Below, piece after piece: positions 8,312 through 19,551 of a stretch of DNA of 24,000 bases. The DNA is from Mycoplasma sp. P36-A1 (lineage in GTDB: Bacteria > Bacillota_I > Bacilli_A > JAJDGJ01). The first letter of the stretch is position 1. Every line of letters begins with the position of its first letter. Under the pieces are notes generated by a model. The model worked only from the letters and a program-made list of their open reading frames with translations. It was not told the DNA's origin and searched no databases. The stretch is from assembly GCF_049478495.1 (NCBI RefSeq), contig NZ_CP168083.1:1832991-1856990 (forward strand), written 5' to 3'. Position numbers and translations under genes: made by a program.

Positions 8312-9592
8312 ATGATTAATAATAACATAATTAATAAAAACAATAAAGAATTAAAAGAAATTATTGGAATTAATGATTCCAATATTAATATATATAAATT
8401 TCAAGATGAAAAAATTAAAGATAATATTTCTAAAGTATTTTATGGAATTCTATTTTTTAATGATAATGTTTGCCCTAAATGTAATAAAGTTCATAATAAA
8501 TTTTATGTACATAATAAAAAAGTATCTCTTATTAAATTACCTATGGTTTCTGGTTTTGATGCTTATTTAAAACTTACTAAAACTCGTTATAAATGTATGG
8601 AATGTAATAAAACTTTTATTCCTGCTAATACCCTAACTAATCCTGGATGTTTTATTTCTAATAAAGTTAAATATCTTATTGCTCTTAAATTAACTGATAT
8701 GCTTACTTGTACTTATATTGCTAAAGATCATAATGTATCTACACATTCTGTTTTTAGAGTATTAGATACTTATGCAGAGGCTGCTAAATCTACTACTATT
8801 AAATCCTATTTACCAAAAGTACTTCATTTTGATGAGTTTAAATCTACTAAAGATGCTGATGGCAATATGTCCTTTGTTATTATGGATGGTGAAAAAAGAA
8901 AGCTACTAGATATCGTAGAAAACAGACAAAAAGCTTACTTAGAGAACTATTTTAGCTACTATACAAAAGAAGCTATTGATAATGTTGAATATATTGTAAT
9001 TGATATGTATACACCTTATATTGAAATCATTAAAAATGTCTTTACTAATGCTAAAATAATATTAGATAGATTTCATATTTATCAGAATTTAACTAGAGCC
9101 TTTAATAAAACTAGAGTTGCAATTATGAATGCAGATGAAAAAAACAGAAATAAGTTCAAAAATTTTTGGAAACCTATATTACAGTTAAAAGAGAATCTTT
9201 CAGAAGTGATGTTTAAGCATGCAACCTTTAATTATAAGTTCACAAACAATAAAGCAATTCTAAATTATTTAATCGAAAATAATGAGGACTTTAAAAATAA
9301 TTATGAAATATATCAAGATTTACTATTTTCTTTAAAATACAATAATATGGAAATGTTTAAGAAAACAATTGATCAGCCTAATAAATTAGCTTCAGATAAA
9401 ATTAAAACTTGTATATCTACCTTTATTAAGTATTTTGAATATATTAAAGATAGTTTCGATGTTGAGTATAATAATGGAATAATAGAAGGTACAATATCTA
9501 AATTCAAGAAGTTAAAAACAATATCTTGCGGGTTTAGAAGATTTGAAAGATTAAAAACTAGAATAATGATACAAGAATTATTAATTGTATAG
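8312..9592 (+). CDS. ISL3-family DDE transposase
   Basis: 426 aa. The N-terminal zinc-finger pairs are CPKC...CMEC. Characteristic ISL3 motifs are present: HFDEFKS, VIDMYTPY, LDRFHIYQNL, and C-terminal NGIIEGTISKFKKLKTISCGFRRFERLKTRI. Confidence 0.92.
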   Translation: MINNNIINKNNKELKEIIGINDSNINIYKFQDEKIKDNISKVFYGILFFNDNVCPKCNKVHNKFYVHNKKVSLIKLPMVSGFDAYLKLTKTRYKCMECNKTFIPANTLTNPGCFISNKVKYLIALKLTDMLTCTYIAKDHNVSTHSVFRVLDTYAEAAKSTTIKSYLPKVLHFDEFKSTKDADGNMSFVIMDGEKRKLLDIVENRQKAYLENYFSYYTKEAIDNVEYIVIDMYTPYIEIIKNVFTNAKIILDRFHIYQNLTRAFNKTRVAIMNADEKNRNKFKNFWKPILQLKENLSEVMFKHATFNYKFTNNKAILNYLIENNEDFKNNYEIYQDLLFSLKYNNMEMFKKTIDQPNKLASDKIKTCISTFIKYFEYIKDSFDVEYNNGIIEGTISKFKKLKTISCGFRRFERLKTRIMIQELLIV

Positions 9593-9686
9593 AAAAAGCA
9601 TAAAAAAAAGGATACAACATTTCTGTTATATCCTGTACTAACTCATATATCAAATTGTAAAATTCCACCCTATTTGACAAAGAGCC

Positions 9687-9694
9687 AAAAAAAT
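9687..9694. repeat. Target-site duplication, right copy (AAAAAAAT)
   Basis: Identical to 8163-8170. It overlaps the base and T-tract of the atp terminator. Confidence 0.8.
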
Positions 9695-9718
9695 GCTGAT
9701 AAGTACTATCAACATTTT
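9690..9718. terminator. Rho-independent terminator of the atp operon (palindromic, usable in both directions)
   Basis: ATGCTGATA (9693-9701) pairs with TATCAACAT (9707-9715) around loop AGTAC. There is one mismatch, which is a G:U pair in the minus-strand RNA. The stem is extended by A:T pairs. On the minus strand a run of 7 T follows, then the IS end. On the plus strand TTTTATTTTTTTT follows. Confidence 0.7.
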
Positions 9719-9725
9719 ATTTTTT

Positions 9726-10130
9726 TTAATTTCTAAATTGTTCGTAAGCATTTTTTCTATTTAGATTTTTTCCTAATTTTACTTCAGCTTGTTTTATTTC
9801 AAAACTAGTGCTTGCTGTTTCTATTGTTTTTTTACTTGCTTCTATTTCTGCTAATACTCTTTCTAAATCAATATCTGAAATATTTTCGGCTGAGTTTACA
9901 AAAATAGTTACTAAATTATTCCATACAAATAAGTATCCACTACTTACTGTCATTTCAAATCTTTCTCCATTTTCATCTTCATAAGTTAATATACCATCAT
10001 TAATCTTATCTACCATTGGTGCATGGTTTGTTAATATTCCTACCATACCATTTGATGTTGGTACATTTACTATTTTAGCTCTACCTTCAAATTGTTTTCT
10101 TTCAGCTTCAGAGATTACTAATGTAAACAT
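9726..10130 (-). CDS. atpC: F1 ATP synthase subunit epsilon
   Basis: 134 aa. It is the last gene of the atp operon. It has an N-terminal beta-sandwich-type sequence and a C-terminal helical part. Confidence 0.92.
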   Translation of the reverse strand: MFTLVISEAERKQFEGRAKIVNVPTSNGMVGILTNHAPMVDKINDGILTYEDENGERFEMTVSSGYLFVWNNLVTIFVNSAENISDIDLERVLAEIEASKKTIETASTSFEIKQAEVKLGKNLNRKNAYEQFRN

Positions 10131-10141
10131 TATATCAACTC

Positions 10142-13978
<3,837 letters not shown>

Positions 13979-13985
13979 TTATCTA

Positions 13986-14519
13986 TTATTTTTTTAAGAT
14001 CGTTGTTTTCATACGATCTAATTTATTTGCGATACTTCCATCTATTACTAAATCATTTATTACTACTTTTATTCCAGCAAGTAGTGTTTCGTCGATTCTA
14101 TTAATAGCAACATATTTTTGATTATATTTATTTTCTAAGGCATCTTTTATTTCTTCTAATTGAGTTTGATTTAACTCTTTAGTTGAGTAAATTATTGCTT
14201 CATGTATTTTATAGTGTTTAAGGTAAGCATTTTTATATGCTTTTGTAATATCAACAATGTATCTTACTCTTGATTTATCAACTAGTAACTTTAAAAAGTT
14301 TAGTACATCTTTGTCTAAGATATTTGAAAAAATATTTTCTATCATTTCTTTTTTGTTTATCTTAGATAAATTTTTACTTTCTAGTATTTTAACTAAATCT
14401 TTATTTGAAGAAATGATTTCATTAATGCTAGACATTTGTTCTAAAACTATATCTTGTTTATTGTCTTCTAGCGCTAAATCAAACATTGCATTTGCGTAAG
14501 CTACACTAACTGCTTCCAT
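13986..14519 (-). CDS. atpH: F1 ATP synthase subunit delta (OSCP)
   Basis: 177 aa in the canonical position between atpF and atpA. The N-terminus (YANAMFDLA) is OSCP-like. The ATG overlaps the atpF stop. Confidence 0.9.
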   Translation of the reverse strand: MEAVSVAYANAMFDLALEDNKQDIVLEQMSSINEIISSNKDLVKILESKNLSKINKKEMIENIFSNILDKDVLNFLKLLVDKSRVRYIVDITKAYKNAYLKHYKIHEAIIYSTKELNQTQLEEIKDALENKYNQKYVAINRIDETLLAGIKVVINDLVIDGSIANKLDRMKTTILKK

Positions 14520-15019
14520 TATTCGTTTAACTCCTTAATGAAGTCTTGAACAATATTTTCAGATTTTTGTTCATCAATATTTCCTTTAACAATTTTACGT
14601 GCAACATCCATTGCTATATCAACAACTTGACCTTCTACTTCTTTTTGTGCTGAAGCTTTTTCTCTTTCTATTTCAATACGTGCTTTTTCCATTTTATCTG
14701 TTGCTTCATTTTGTGCCTTATTAAGTATATCTTCTTTAATTTTTATCGCTTCATCTTTAGATTTATCTAAAATTGATTTTGAATCAATGCGAGCTTGTTT
14801 AAGTGCTTCGTTTGCTTGTTGTTCAAACTCTACTGCTTTTTTGTTTGAAGTTGATGCTGATTCAACTTGATTCAAAATATACTCTTCTCTTCTTTGTAAG
14901 AAGTCCATAAGTGAATTCCAAAAGAATTTCTTGAAGAAGAAGAATAATATTCCTGTACCTATCCAAACAGTTATTAATTTTGCAAGTGTAGGAAACAAAT
15001 TTATTTCTACATTACTCAT
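14519..15019 (-). CDS. atpF: Fo ATP synthase subunit b
   Basis: 166 aa with a single N-terminal TM followed by a long charged helix. It is in the canonical position. RBS AAAGGAG. Confidence 0.92.
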   Translation of the reverse strand: MSNVEINLFPTLAKLITVWIGTGILFFFFKKFFWNSLMDFLQRREEYILNQVESASTSNKKAVEFEQQANEALKQARIDSKSILDKSKDEAIKIKEDILNKAQNEATDKMEKARIEIEREKASAQKEVEGQVVDIAMDVARKIVKGNIDEQKSENIVQDFIKELNE

Positions 15020-15037
15020 ATTATTTTTCTCCTTTCA

Positions 15038-15274
15038 TTAAGACATTTTTGTAAAGATTAGAATTAATGCAATCAATAGTCCATAAAGTGCTGATGATTC
15101 AGCTACTGCTTGACCAATGATCATCATTGTTCTTATTTTTCCTTCTGCTTCTGGGTTACGTCCTACTGCTTGTGCAGCTCCTGATGCTGATACCCCTTGT
15201 CCTGCTCCAGTTCCACAACCTGTAAGTACAGCTAGTCCTGCACCTATTGCGATTAATCCATTATTTATATCCAT
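15038..15274 (-). CDS. atpE: Fo ATP synthase subunit c, copy 4 (last transcribed)
   Basis: 78-aa helical hairpin with the GxGxGxG motif (GCGTGAGQG), the loop RNPE, and the ion-binding Glu in AVAESS. It has its own RBS AAAGGA and a TAA stop. Confidence 0.93.
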   Translation of the reverse strand: MDINNGLIAIGAGLAVLTGCGTGAGQGVSASGAAQAVGRNPEAEGKIRTMMIIGQAVAESSALYGLLIALILIFTKMS

Positions 15275-15292
15275 AGTATTTTTATCCTTTCA

Positions 15293-15529
15293 TTAAGACA
15301 TTTTTGTAAAGATTAAAATTAATGCAATCAATAGTCCATAAAGTGCTGATGATTCAGCTACTGCTTGACCAATGATCATCATTGTTCTTATTTTTCCTTC
15401 TGCTTCTGGGTTACGTCCTACTGCTTGTGCAGCTCCTGATGCTGATACCCCTTGTCCTGCTCCAGTTCCACAACCTGTAAGTACAGCTAGTCCTGCACCT
15501 ATTGCGATTAATCCATTATTTATATCCAT
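15293..15529 (-). CDS. atpE: Fo ATP synthase subunit c, copy 3
   Basis: Protein identical to the other copies. By eye, the nucleotide sequence is identical to copy 2. Confidence 0.93.
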   Translation of the reverse strand: MDINNGLIAIGAGLAVLTGCGTGAGQGVSASGAAQAVGRNPEAEGKIRTMMIIGQAVAESSALYGLLIALILIFTKMS

Positions 15530-15547
15530 AGTATTTTTATCCTTTCA

Positions 15548-15784
15548 TTAAGACATTTTTGTAAAGATTAAAATTAATGCAATCAATAGTCCATAAAGTG
15601 CTGATGATTCAGCTACTGCTTGACCAATGATCATCATTGTTCTTATTTTTCCTTCTGCTTCTGGGTTACGTCCTACTGCTTGTGCAGCTCCTGATGCTGA
15701 TACCCCTTGTCCTGCTCCAGTTCCACAACCTGTAAGTACAGCTAGTCCTGCACCTATTGCGATTAATCCATTATTTATATCCAT
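15548..15784 (-). CDS. atpE: Fo ATP synthase subunit c, copy 2
   Basis: Protein identical to the other copies. It has its own RBS and stop. Confidence 0.93.
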   Translation of the reverse strand: MDINNGLIAIGAGLAVLTGCGTGAGQGVSASGAAQAVGRNPEAEGKIRTMMIIGQAVAESSALYGLLIALILIFTKMS

Positions 15785-15802
15785 AGTATTTTTATCCTTT
15801 CA

Positions 15803-16039
15803 TTAAGACATTTTTGTAAAGATTAGAATTAATGCAATCAATAGTCCATAAAGTGCTGATGATTCAGCTACTGCTTGACCAATGATCATCATTGTTCTTA
15901 TTTTTCCTTCTGCTTCTGGGTTACGTCCTACTGCTTGTGCAGCTCCTGATGCTGATACCCCTTGTCCTGCTCCAGTTCCACAACCTGTAAGTACAGCTAG
16001 TCCTGCACCTATTGCGATTAATCCGTTATTTATGTCCAT
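15803..16039 (-). CDS. atpE: Fo ATP synthase subunit c, copy 1 (first transcribed)
   Basis: Protein identical to the other copies. It has a unique upstream region with RBS GTGGGGGT inside the atpB 3' end, and two unique synonymous codons (GAC2, AAC5). Confidence 0.95.
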   Translation of the reverse strand: MDINNGLIAIGAGLAVLTGCGTGAGQGVSASGAAQAVGRNPEAEGKIRTMMIIGQAVAESSALYGLLIALILIFTKMS

Positions 16040-16041
16040 AT

Positions 16042-16797
16042 TTATTTACCCCCACTCTTTTGATTCATTGCATCAAAATCTAATTCTAAGCTAGTAAATA
16101 CAAGTGTTAGCAATGTAAATACAAATGCTTGAATTGCTCCGGCAAATACATCAAAATAGAAATGTAATGGTGGAGAAACTACACCACCTATTATATTCAA
16201 CAACGGTAATCCATCGGCATCAAGTGGTCCAAATACAAATATTTGATTTTGTAACCACGCTGTTGCGGTCATAAACACCATCATAATTAATGTTCCCGAT
16301 AATAAGTTACCAAAAATACGCATTGACATACTTAATGGTTTGGCAACTATGTCCATTAAGTTTAGAGGTAGCATAACAGGTACTGGTTCAAAGTAACCTT
16401 TAACCATGCTTTTTGCTCCATTAAACTTAAACTCATAAACGTATTTAAATGCAAACGTTATTAGCACTAATGCAAGTGGTATATTATAGTCTGTTGTCGG
16501 TGCATCTAATGGTAACAATAATGGTAGCCAGTTACATGTTAACAACAATAATATTAGCATTGTACAATAAGGTTTAAGTATACCTGCGCGTCCTTTGAAC
16601 ATTTGATCAACTAAACCACTCATCATATCATAATATATTTCTATGATTGTCATAAACTTGCCATTTTTTTTGAATGGATCTTGTTTATTAATGTAGTTTC
16701 CAGCAATTACAAACACTATACATAAGAATATTACTACTCCAATATAGGTAATTGTTTGTTGAGACTGTAGTTCTAAGAAGCTATTTACTATATTCAT
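16042..16797 (-). CDS. atpB: Fo ATP synthase subunit a
   Basis: 251-aa polytopic membrane protein. The essential Arg lies in LSMSMRIFGNLLSG. Confidence 0.93.
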   Translation of the reverse strand: MNIVNSFLELQSQQTITYIGVVIFLCIVFVIAGNYINKQDPFKKNGKFMTIIEIYYDMMSGLVDQMFKGRAGILKPYCTMLILLLLTCNWLPLLLPLDAPTTDYNIPLALVLITFAFKYVYEFKFNGAKSMVKGYFEPVPVMLPLNLMDIVAKPLSMSMRIFGNLLSGTLIMMVFMTATAWLQNQIFVFGPLDADGLPLLNIIGGVVSPPLHFYFDVFAGAIQAFVFTLLTLVFTSLELDFDAMNQKSGGK

Positions 16798-17143
16798 CCT
16801 TTATACCTCCTTTAATTCCATATATTAATATCGCTATTCTGATATTCATACAACCTAAGAAAGTGCATATTAATCCTTCAACATTCATCCATTTAATTGA
16901 AAGAATCATTACAAATGCATATAACACTATTCTTAACAGGTAATTACTCAGATTTCTAGTTATCCCTGATTTGCTTCCACTAATATCAAAAAACTTATCA
17001 TTTAATGTTAAATTAATATTGCTTACTAAAACCCCTAGAATATAACAAATTGCATATTCATATTTTTTTGTAGCAATCATTATTCCAACTATGAATAACA
17101 ATGCGATTATTAAACCAATTTTTCTAAATTCTTTAATTATCAC
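16781..17143 (-). CDS. atpI: ATP synthase protein I
   Basis: 120-aa hydrophobic protein directly upstream of atpB and overlapping it by 17 nt. Confidence 0.7.
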   Translation of the reverse strand: MIIKEFRKIGLIIALLFIVGIMIATKKYEYAICYILGVLVSNINLTLNDKFFDISGSKSGITRNLSNYLLRIVLYAFVMILSIKWMNVEGLICTFLGCMNIRIAILIYGIKGGIKDEYSK

Positions 17144-17381
17144 GACTAATCACCACCAACCTAATTAAACCTAAAATTACAAACAATATTCCTAATAAGA
17201 CTGTTACTATTACAGCTATTCCATTATTGTTAAAAAATTTGTCATCTAAATACATCCCAATCAAAACAGAAGCAGCCATATATCCACCTAGTGAACTTAA
17301 AGTTGAAACAATTTGACGGTTAGTTTGTGAGTTGTGATTACCTTTATTACTTCGTTCCAAACAAACGATCCCCTGCATCAC
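17133..17381 (-). CDS. AtpZ/AtpI-family small membrane protein (start uncertain)
   Basis: Two-TM pattern: GGYMAASVLIGMYLDDKF...IAVIVTVLLGILFVILGLIRL. It sits upstream of atpI. The annotated ATG start overlaps the upp 3' end by 35 nt, so the true start may lie further downstream. Confidence 0.5.
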   Translation of the reverse strand: MMQGIVCLERSNKGNHNSQTNRQIVSTLSSLGGYMAASVLIGMYLDDKFFNNNGIAVIVTVLLGILFVILGLIRLVVISRDN

Positions 17382-17973
17382 CTAGACCAGGAATTATATA
17401 ATTATTTTCATTTAATTTTTCATCTAATGAAGCTAAGACTATTTCTACATCTGGGTGTTTTTCATGAACTGCATTAATACCTTCCATAACACCAACTAAA
17501 CAAACTAGTTTAATTTTTTTAGCACCTGCTGCTTTAATTATATCTAAGACTGATGTAGCACTAACACCTGTTGCTAGCATTGGATCTAAAACCATTACAT
17601 ATGCATCTTCTATACCAACTGGTAATTTTTTAAAGTATTCTACAGCTTCAAATGTTTCTTCATCACGATATACTCCTACATGACCTATTTTAGCAGTTGG
17701 AACTAAACTTCTAATTCCATCAACCATTCCTAAACCTGCTCTTAAAATTGGCACTAATATTATATCTTCTGCTAATGTAACACCTGTTGTTGAAACTATA
17801 GGTGTATCTATTTCAATTTCTTTTGTTTTAACATCTCTTGTAATCTCATAAGCCATTAATCCTGCAATCTCATCTAGATTTTGTCTAAAATCTTTTGTAG
17901 ATGTATCTTTTTTACGCATGATTGTCAACTTATGCTTTATAAGTGGATGATCAAGAACTTTGTATTTTTTCAT
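17347..17973 (-). CDS. upp: Uracil phosphoribosyltransferase
   Basis: 208 aa with PRPP motif VMVLDPMLATGVSA and C-terminal YIIPGLGDAGDRLFGT. GGAGG RBS. Confidence 0.96.
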   Translation of the reverse strand: MKKYKVLDHPLIKHKLTIMRKKDTSTKDFRQNLDEIAGLMAYEITRDVKTKEIEIDTPIVSTTGVTLAEDIILVPILRAGLGMVDGIRSLVPTAKIGHVGVYRDEETFEAVEYFKKLPVGIEDAYVMVLDPMLATGVSATSVLDIIKAAGAKKIKLVCLVGVMEGINAVHEKHPDVEIVLASLDEKLNENNYIIPGLGDAGDRLFGTK

Positions 17974-17974
17974 A

Positions 17975-18415
17975 TTATTTTTCCTCCAAATTCATCATTT
18001 TATTAACGCGTCTTTCATGACGATCGCCTTCAAATGTTTCGTTTAACCAAGCATTGATGATTTCAATCATTAAACCTTGCCCAATTACACGTTGCCCAAA
18101 TGCTATCATATTAGCATTGTTATGTCTTCTTGACATTTTTGCACTAAATGTATCATGACATAATGCAGCTCTAATTCCTTTTACTTTATTAGCCGCAATA
18201 CTAATTCCAATACCTGTACCGCAAATTAAGATACCTGGGATACCCTCAAGTAATACTACATCTGCAGCTGCCTTTGCAATATCTGGATAGTCTACACTTT
18301 CACTGGTATGTGTGCCAACATCCATAACTTCATAACCATGTTCTAAAAGGTATTGCTTCAATACTTCTTTGTATTCAAAACCTCCATGATCGCTACCTAT
18401 AACTAATTTTTTCAT
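17975..18415 (-). CDS. rpiB: Ribose-5-phosphate isomerase B (RpiB/LacAB family)
   Basis: 146 aa with GSDHGG and ICGTGIGISIAANK motifs. Confidence 0.93.
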   Translation of the reverse strand: MKKLVIGSDHGGFEYKEVLKQYLLEHGYEVMDVGTHTSESVDYPDIAKAAADVVLLEGIPGILICGTGIGISIAANKVKGIRAALCHDTFSAKMSRRHNNANMIAFGQRVIGQGLMIEIINAWLNETFEGDRHERRVNKMMNLEEK

Positions 18416-18417
18416 AA

Positions 18418-19020
18418 CTAATCACTCACTCCCTTTAAATCATTTAGTGTTATTGTACCTTCTCTAAGAATTACAAATCCTTGATCGCTTACATTAACTA
18501 CTGTACTTGGCATTTGATGACCTGAGTCACCTTTTACGATAGCTTCAATGTGCCCATTGAATTGTTTATACACTTCATCAAAATCCTCTAAAGCAGGTTG
18601 GCCTGAAATATTAGCACTTGTAACATACATTGGTATTTGTATATTTTCTAACATCGTTCTAATCTCATCATCATCAGGTACCCTAATTCCCACAGTCTCA
18701 TCTAAACCAACTAAATTAACATTTGCTAATTTAGGTAAAACTATTGTAATTGGCCCTGGCATAAATTTTTCAATTACCTTTGCTGCAGTTTCATTGATTT
18801 GTGCATACTTTTTAATATCATTTACATTATGTAACATGAGAGTTAACTGTTTACTTTGAGGACGTTTTTTAGCGTCAAATAATTTGTTATACGCTAAAAA
18901 AGAGTCGCTTCTAATTCCAATTCCAAATACTGTCTCGGTTGGAAATGCAATGACTCCATCATTTTCTACTATTTCTTTTAAGTCTTTTGTTTTGTTTGAT
19001 TTTAGTATTTTTGTTAACAT
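18418..19020 (-). CDS. tsaC: L-threonylcarbamoyladenylate synthase, short YrdC/TsaC type
   Basis: VIAFPTETVFGIG motif. Only the YrdC domain is present (~200 aa, no Sua5 C-terminal domain). The start is set at ATG 19018-19020 (MLTKIL...), preceded by AAAGGATG. The longer track ORF would run over the predicted promoter. Confidence 0.85.
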   Translation of the reverse strand: MLTKILKSNKTKDLKEIVENDGVIAFPTETVFGIGIRSDSFLAYNKLFDAKKRPQSKQLTLMLHNVNDIKKYAQINETAAKVIEKFMPGPITIVLPKLANVNLVGLDETVGIRVPDDDEIRTMLENIQIPMYVTSANISGQPALEDFDEVYKQFNGHIEAIVKGDSGHQMPSTVVNVSDQGFVILREGTITLNDLKGVSD

Positions 19021-19066
19021 ATAAACATCCTTTTTGAACACAATTATCTCTATGATATTTATTGTT

Positions 19067-19094
19067 ATTATACTACTAACCACCTAAAAATCAA
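19067..19094 (-). promoter_or_regulatory. Candidate promoter of the tsaC-rpiB-upp-atp cluster
   Basis: On the minus strand: TTGATT (19089-19094), a 16-nt spacer, then TATAAT (19067-19072). Confidence 0.4.
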
Positions 19095-19334
19095 TACAAT
19101 TATTGAGTTATTTTCGTTTTTGTATTTGTCAACACCTATAAGTGCAATCATAGTGTGTTATCAAATTTGCCTATATGTAAATAACGATTGACAAATATAA
19201 TACATTTATACTATTATTAAACATTTTTATTATTGATTAGCGAATATTTATACCTTTTGTGACACAACTATAACTTTTGTTGATACTTTTTACTTTACGT
19301 AAAACTTTCTTAAAAATCATTGTGAATTTTAAAA

Positions 19335-19358
19335 CAAAAAAAATAGGCGTAGCCTATT
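19335..19358. terminator. Terminator of the cold-shock gene (A-run / hairpin / T-run, bidirectional form)
   Basis: ATAGGC-GTA-GCCTAT (19343-19357) is flanked by AAAAAAAA on the left and TTTTTTT on the right. The TAG stop (19354-19356) lies in the stem. Confidence 0.6.
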
Positions 19359-19551
19359 TTTTTCTGATATCATTTGCTTGTAAACCTTTGTCAGTTTCAA
19401 CAATTTCAAATGTTACGTCTTCGTTTTCTTCTAAAGTTTTGTATCCGTCTTCTTTGATTTGGCTGAAGTGAGCAAATACTTTTTGTCCATTTTCAGCTTC
19501 AATGAATCCGTAACCTTTAGTAGCGTTAAACCATAAAACTTTCCCGTTCAT
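19354..19551 (-). CDS. Cold-shock protein (CspA family, CSD)
   Basis: 65 aa: MNGKVLWFNATKGYGFIEAENGQKVFAHFSQI..., with RNP1-like KGYGFI and RNP2-like VFAHF. RBS GAAAGGA. The 110-aa track ORF is an upstream over-extension through the leader. Confidence 0.93.
   Translation of the reverse strand: MNGKVLWFNATKGYGFIEAENGQKVFAHFSQIKEDGYKTLEENEDVTFEIVETDKGLQANDIRKK

Larger units (their letters stand above)
8171..9686 (+). mobile_element. Intact ISL3-family insertion sequence (1516 bp)
   Basis: Terminal inverted repeats are GGTTCTATAATTTATAGGGTGGAAT (8171-8195) and the reverse complement of 9662-9686, GGCTCTTTGTCAAATAGGGTGGAAT. They match at 18/25 positions, with a perfect 12-bp core ATAGGGTGGAAT. 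The element has a single full-length transposase ORF and 8-bp direct repeats flanking it. An imperfect hairpin (9610-9633) follows the transposase stop. Confidence 0.9.
15020..16039 (-). repeat. Tandem array, 4 x 255 bp (atpE plus 18-nt spacer)
   Basis: Stops at 15038/15293/15548/15803 and starts at 15274/15529/15784/16039 give an exact 255-bp period. By-eye comparison finds only 3 variable sites across the copies. Confidence 0.95.

Noticed and set aside
9610-9633. The hairpin GGATACAACA-TTTC-TGTTATATCC after the transposase stop could be a rho-independent terminator.
   Set aside because: The stem has a mismatch and is not followed by a T-run. It is kept only as a note inside the IS annotation. 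The palindromic atp terminator just outside the IS is the more credible stop.
15020-16039. The regular 255-bp repeat could be a CRISPR array or a non-coding satellite.
   Set aside because: The repeat unit is far longer than CRISPR repeats and there are no unique spacers. Every unit is a complete atpE ORF with RBS, start and stop.
15038-16039. The copies could be a fused multi-hairpin c subunit (A. woodii c1 or V-type-like 16-kDa or larger proteolipid).
   Set aside because: Each copy ends in an in-frame TAA and is separated by 18 nt containing a Shine-Dalgarno sequence. There is no read-through frame linking the copies.
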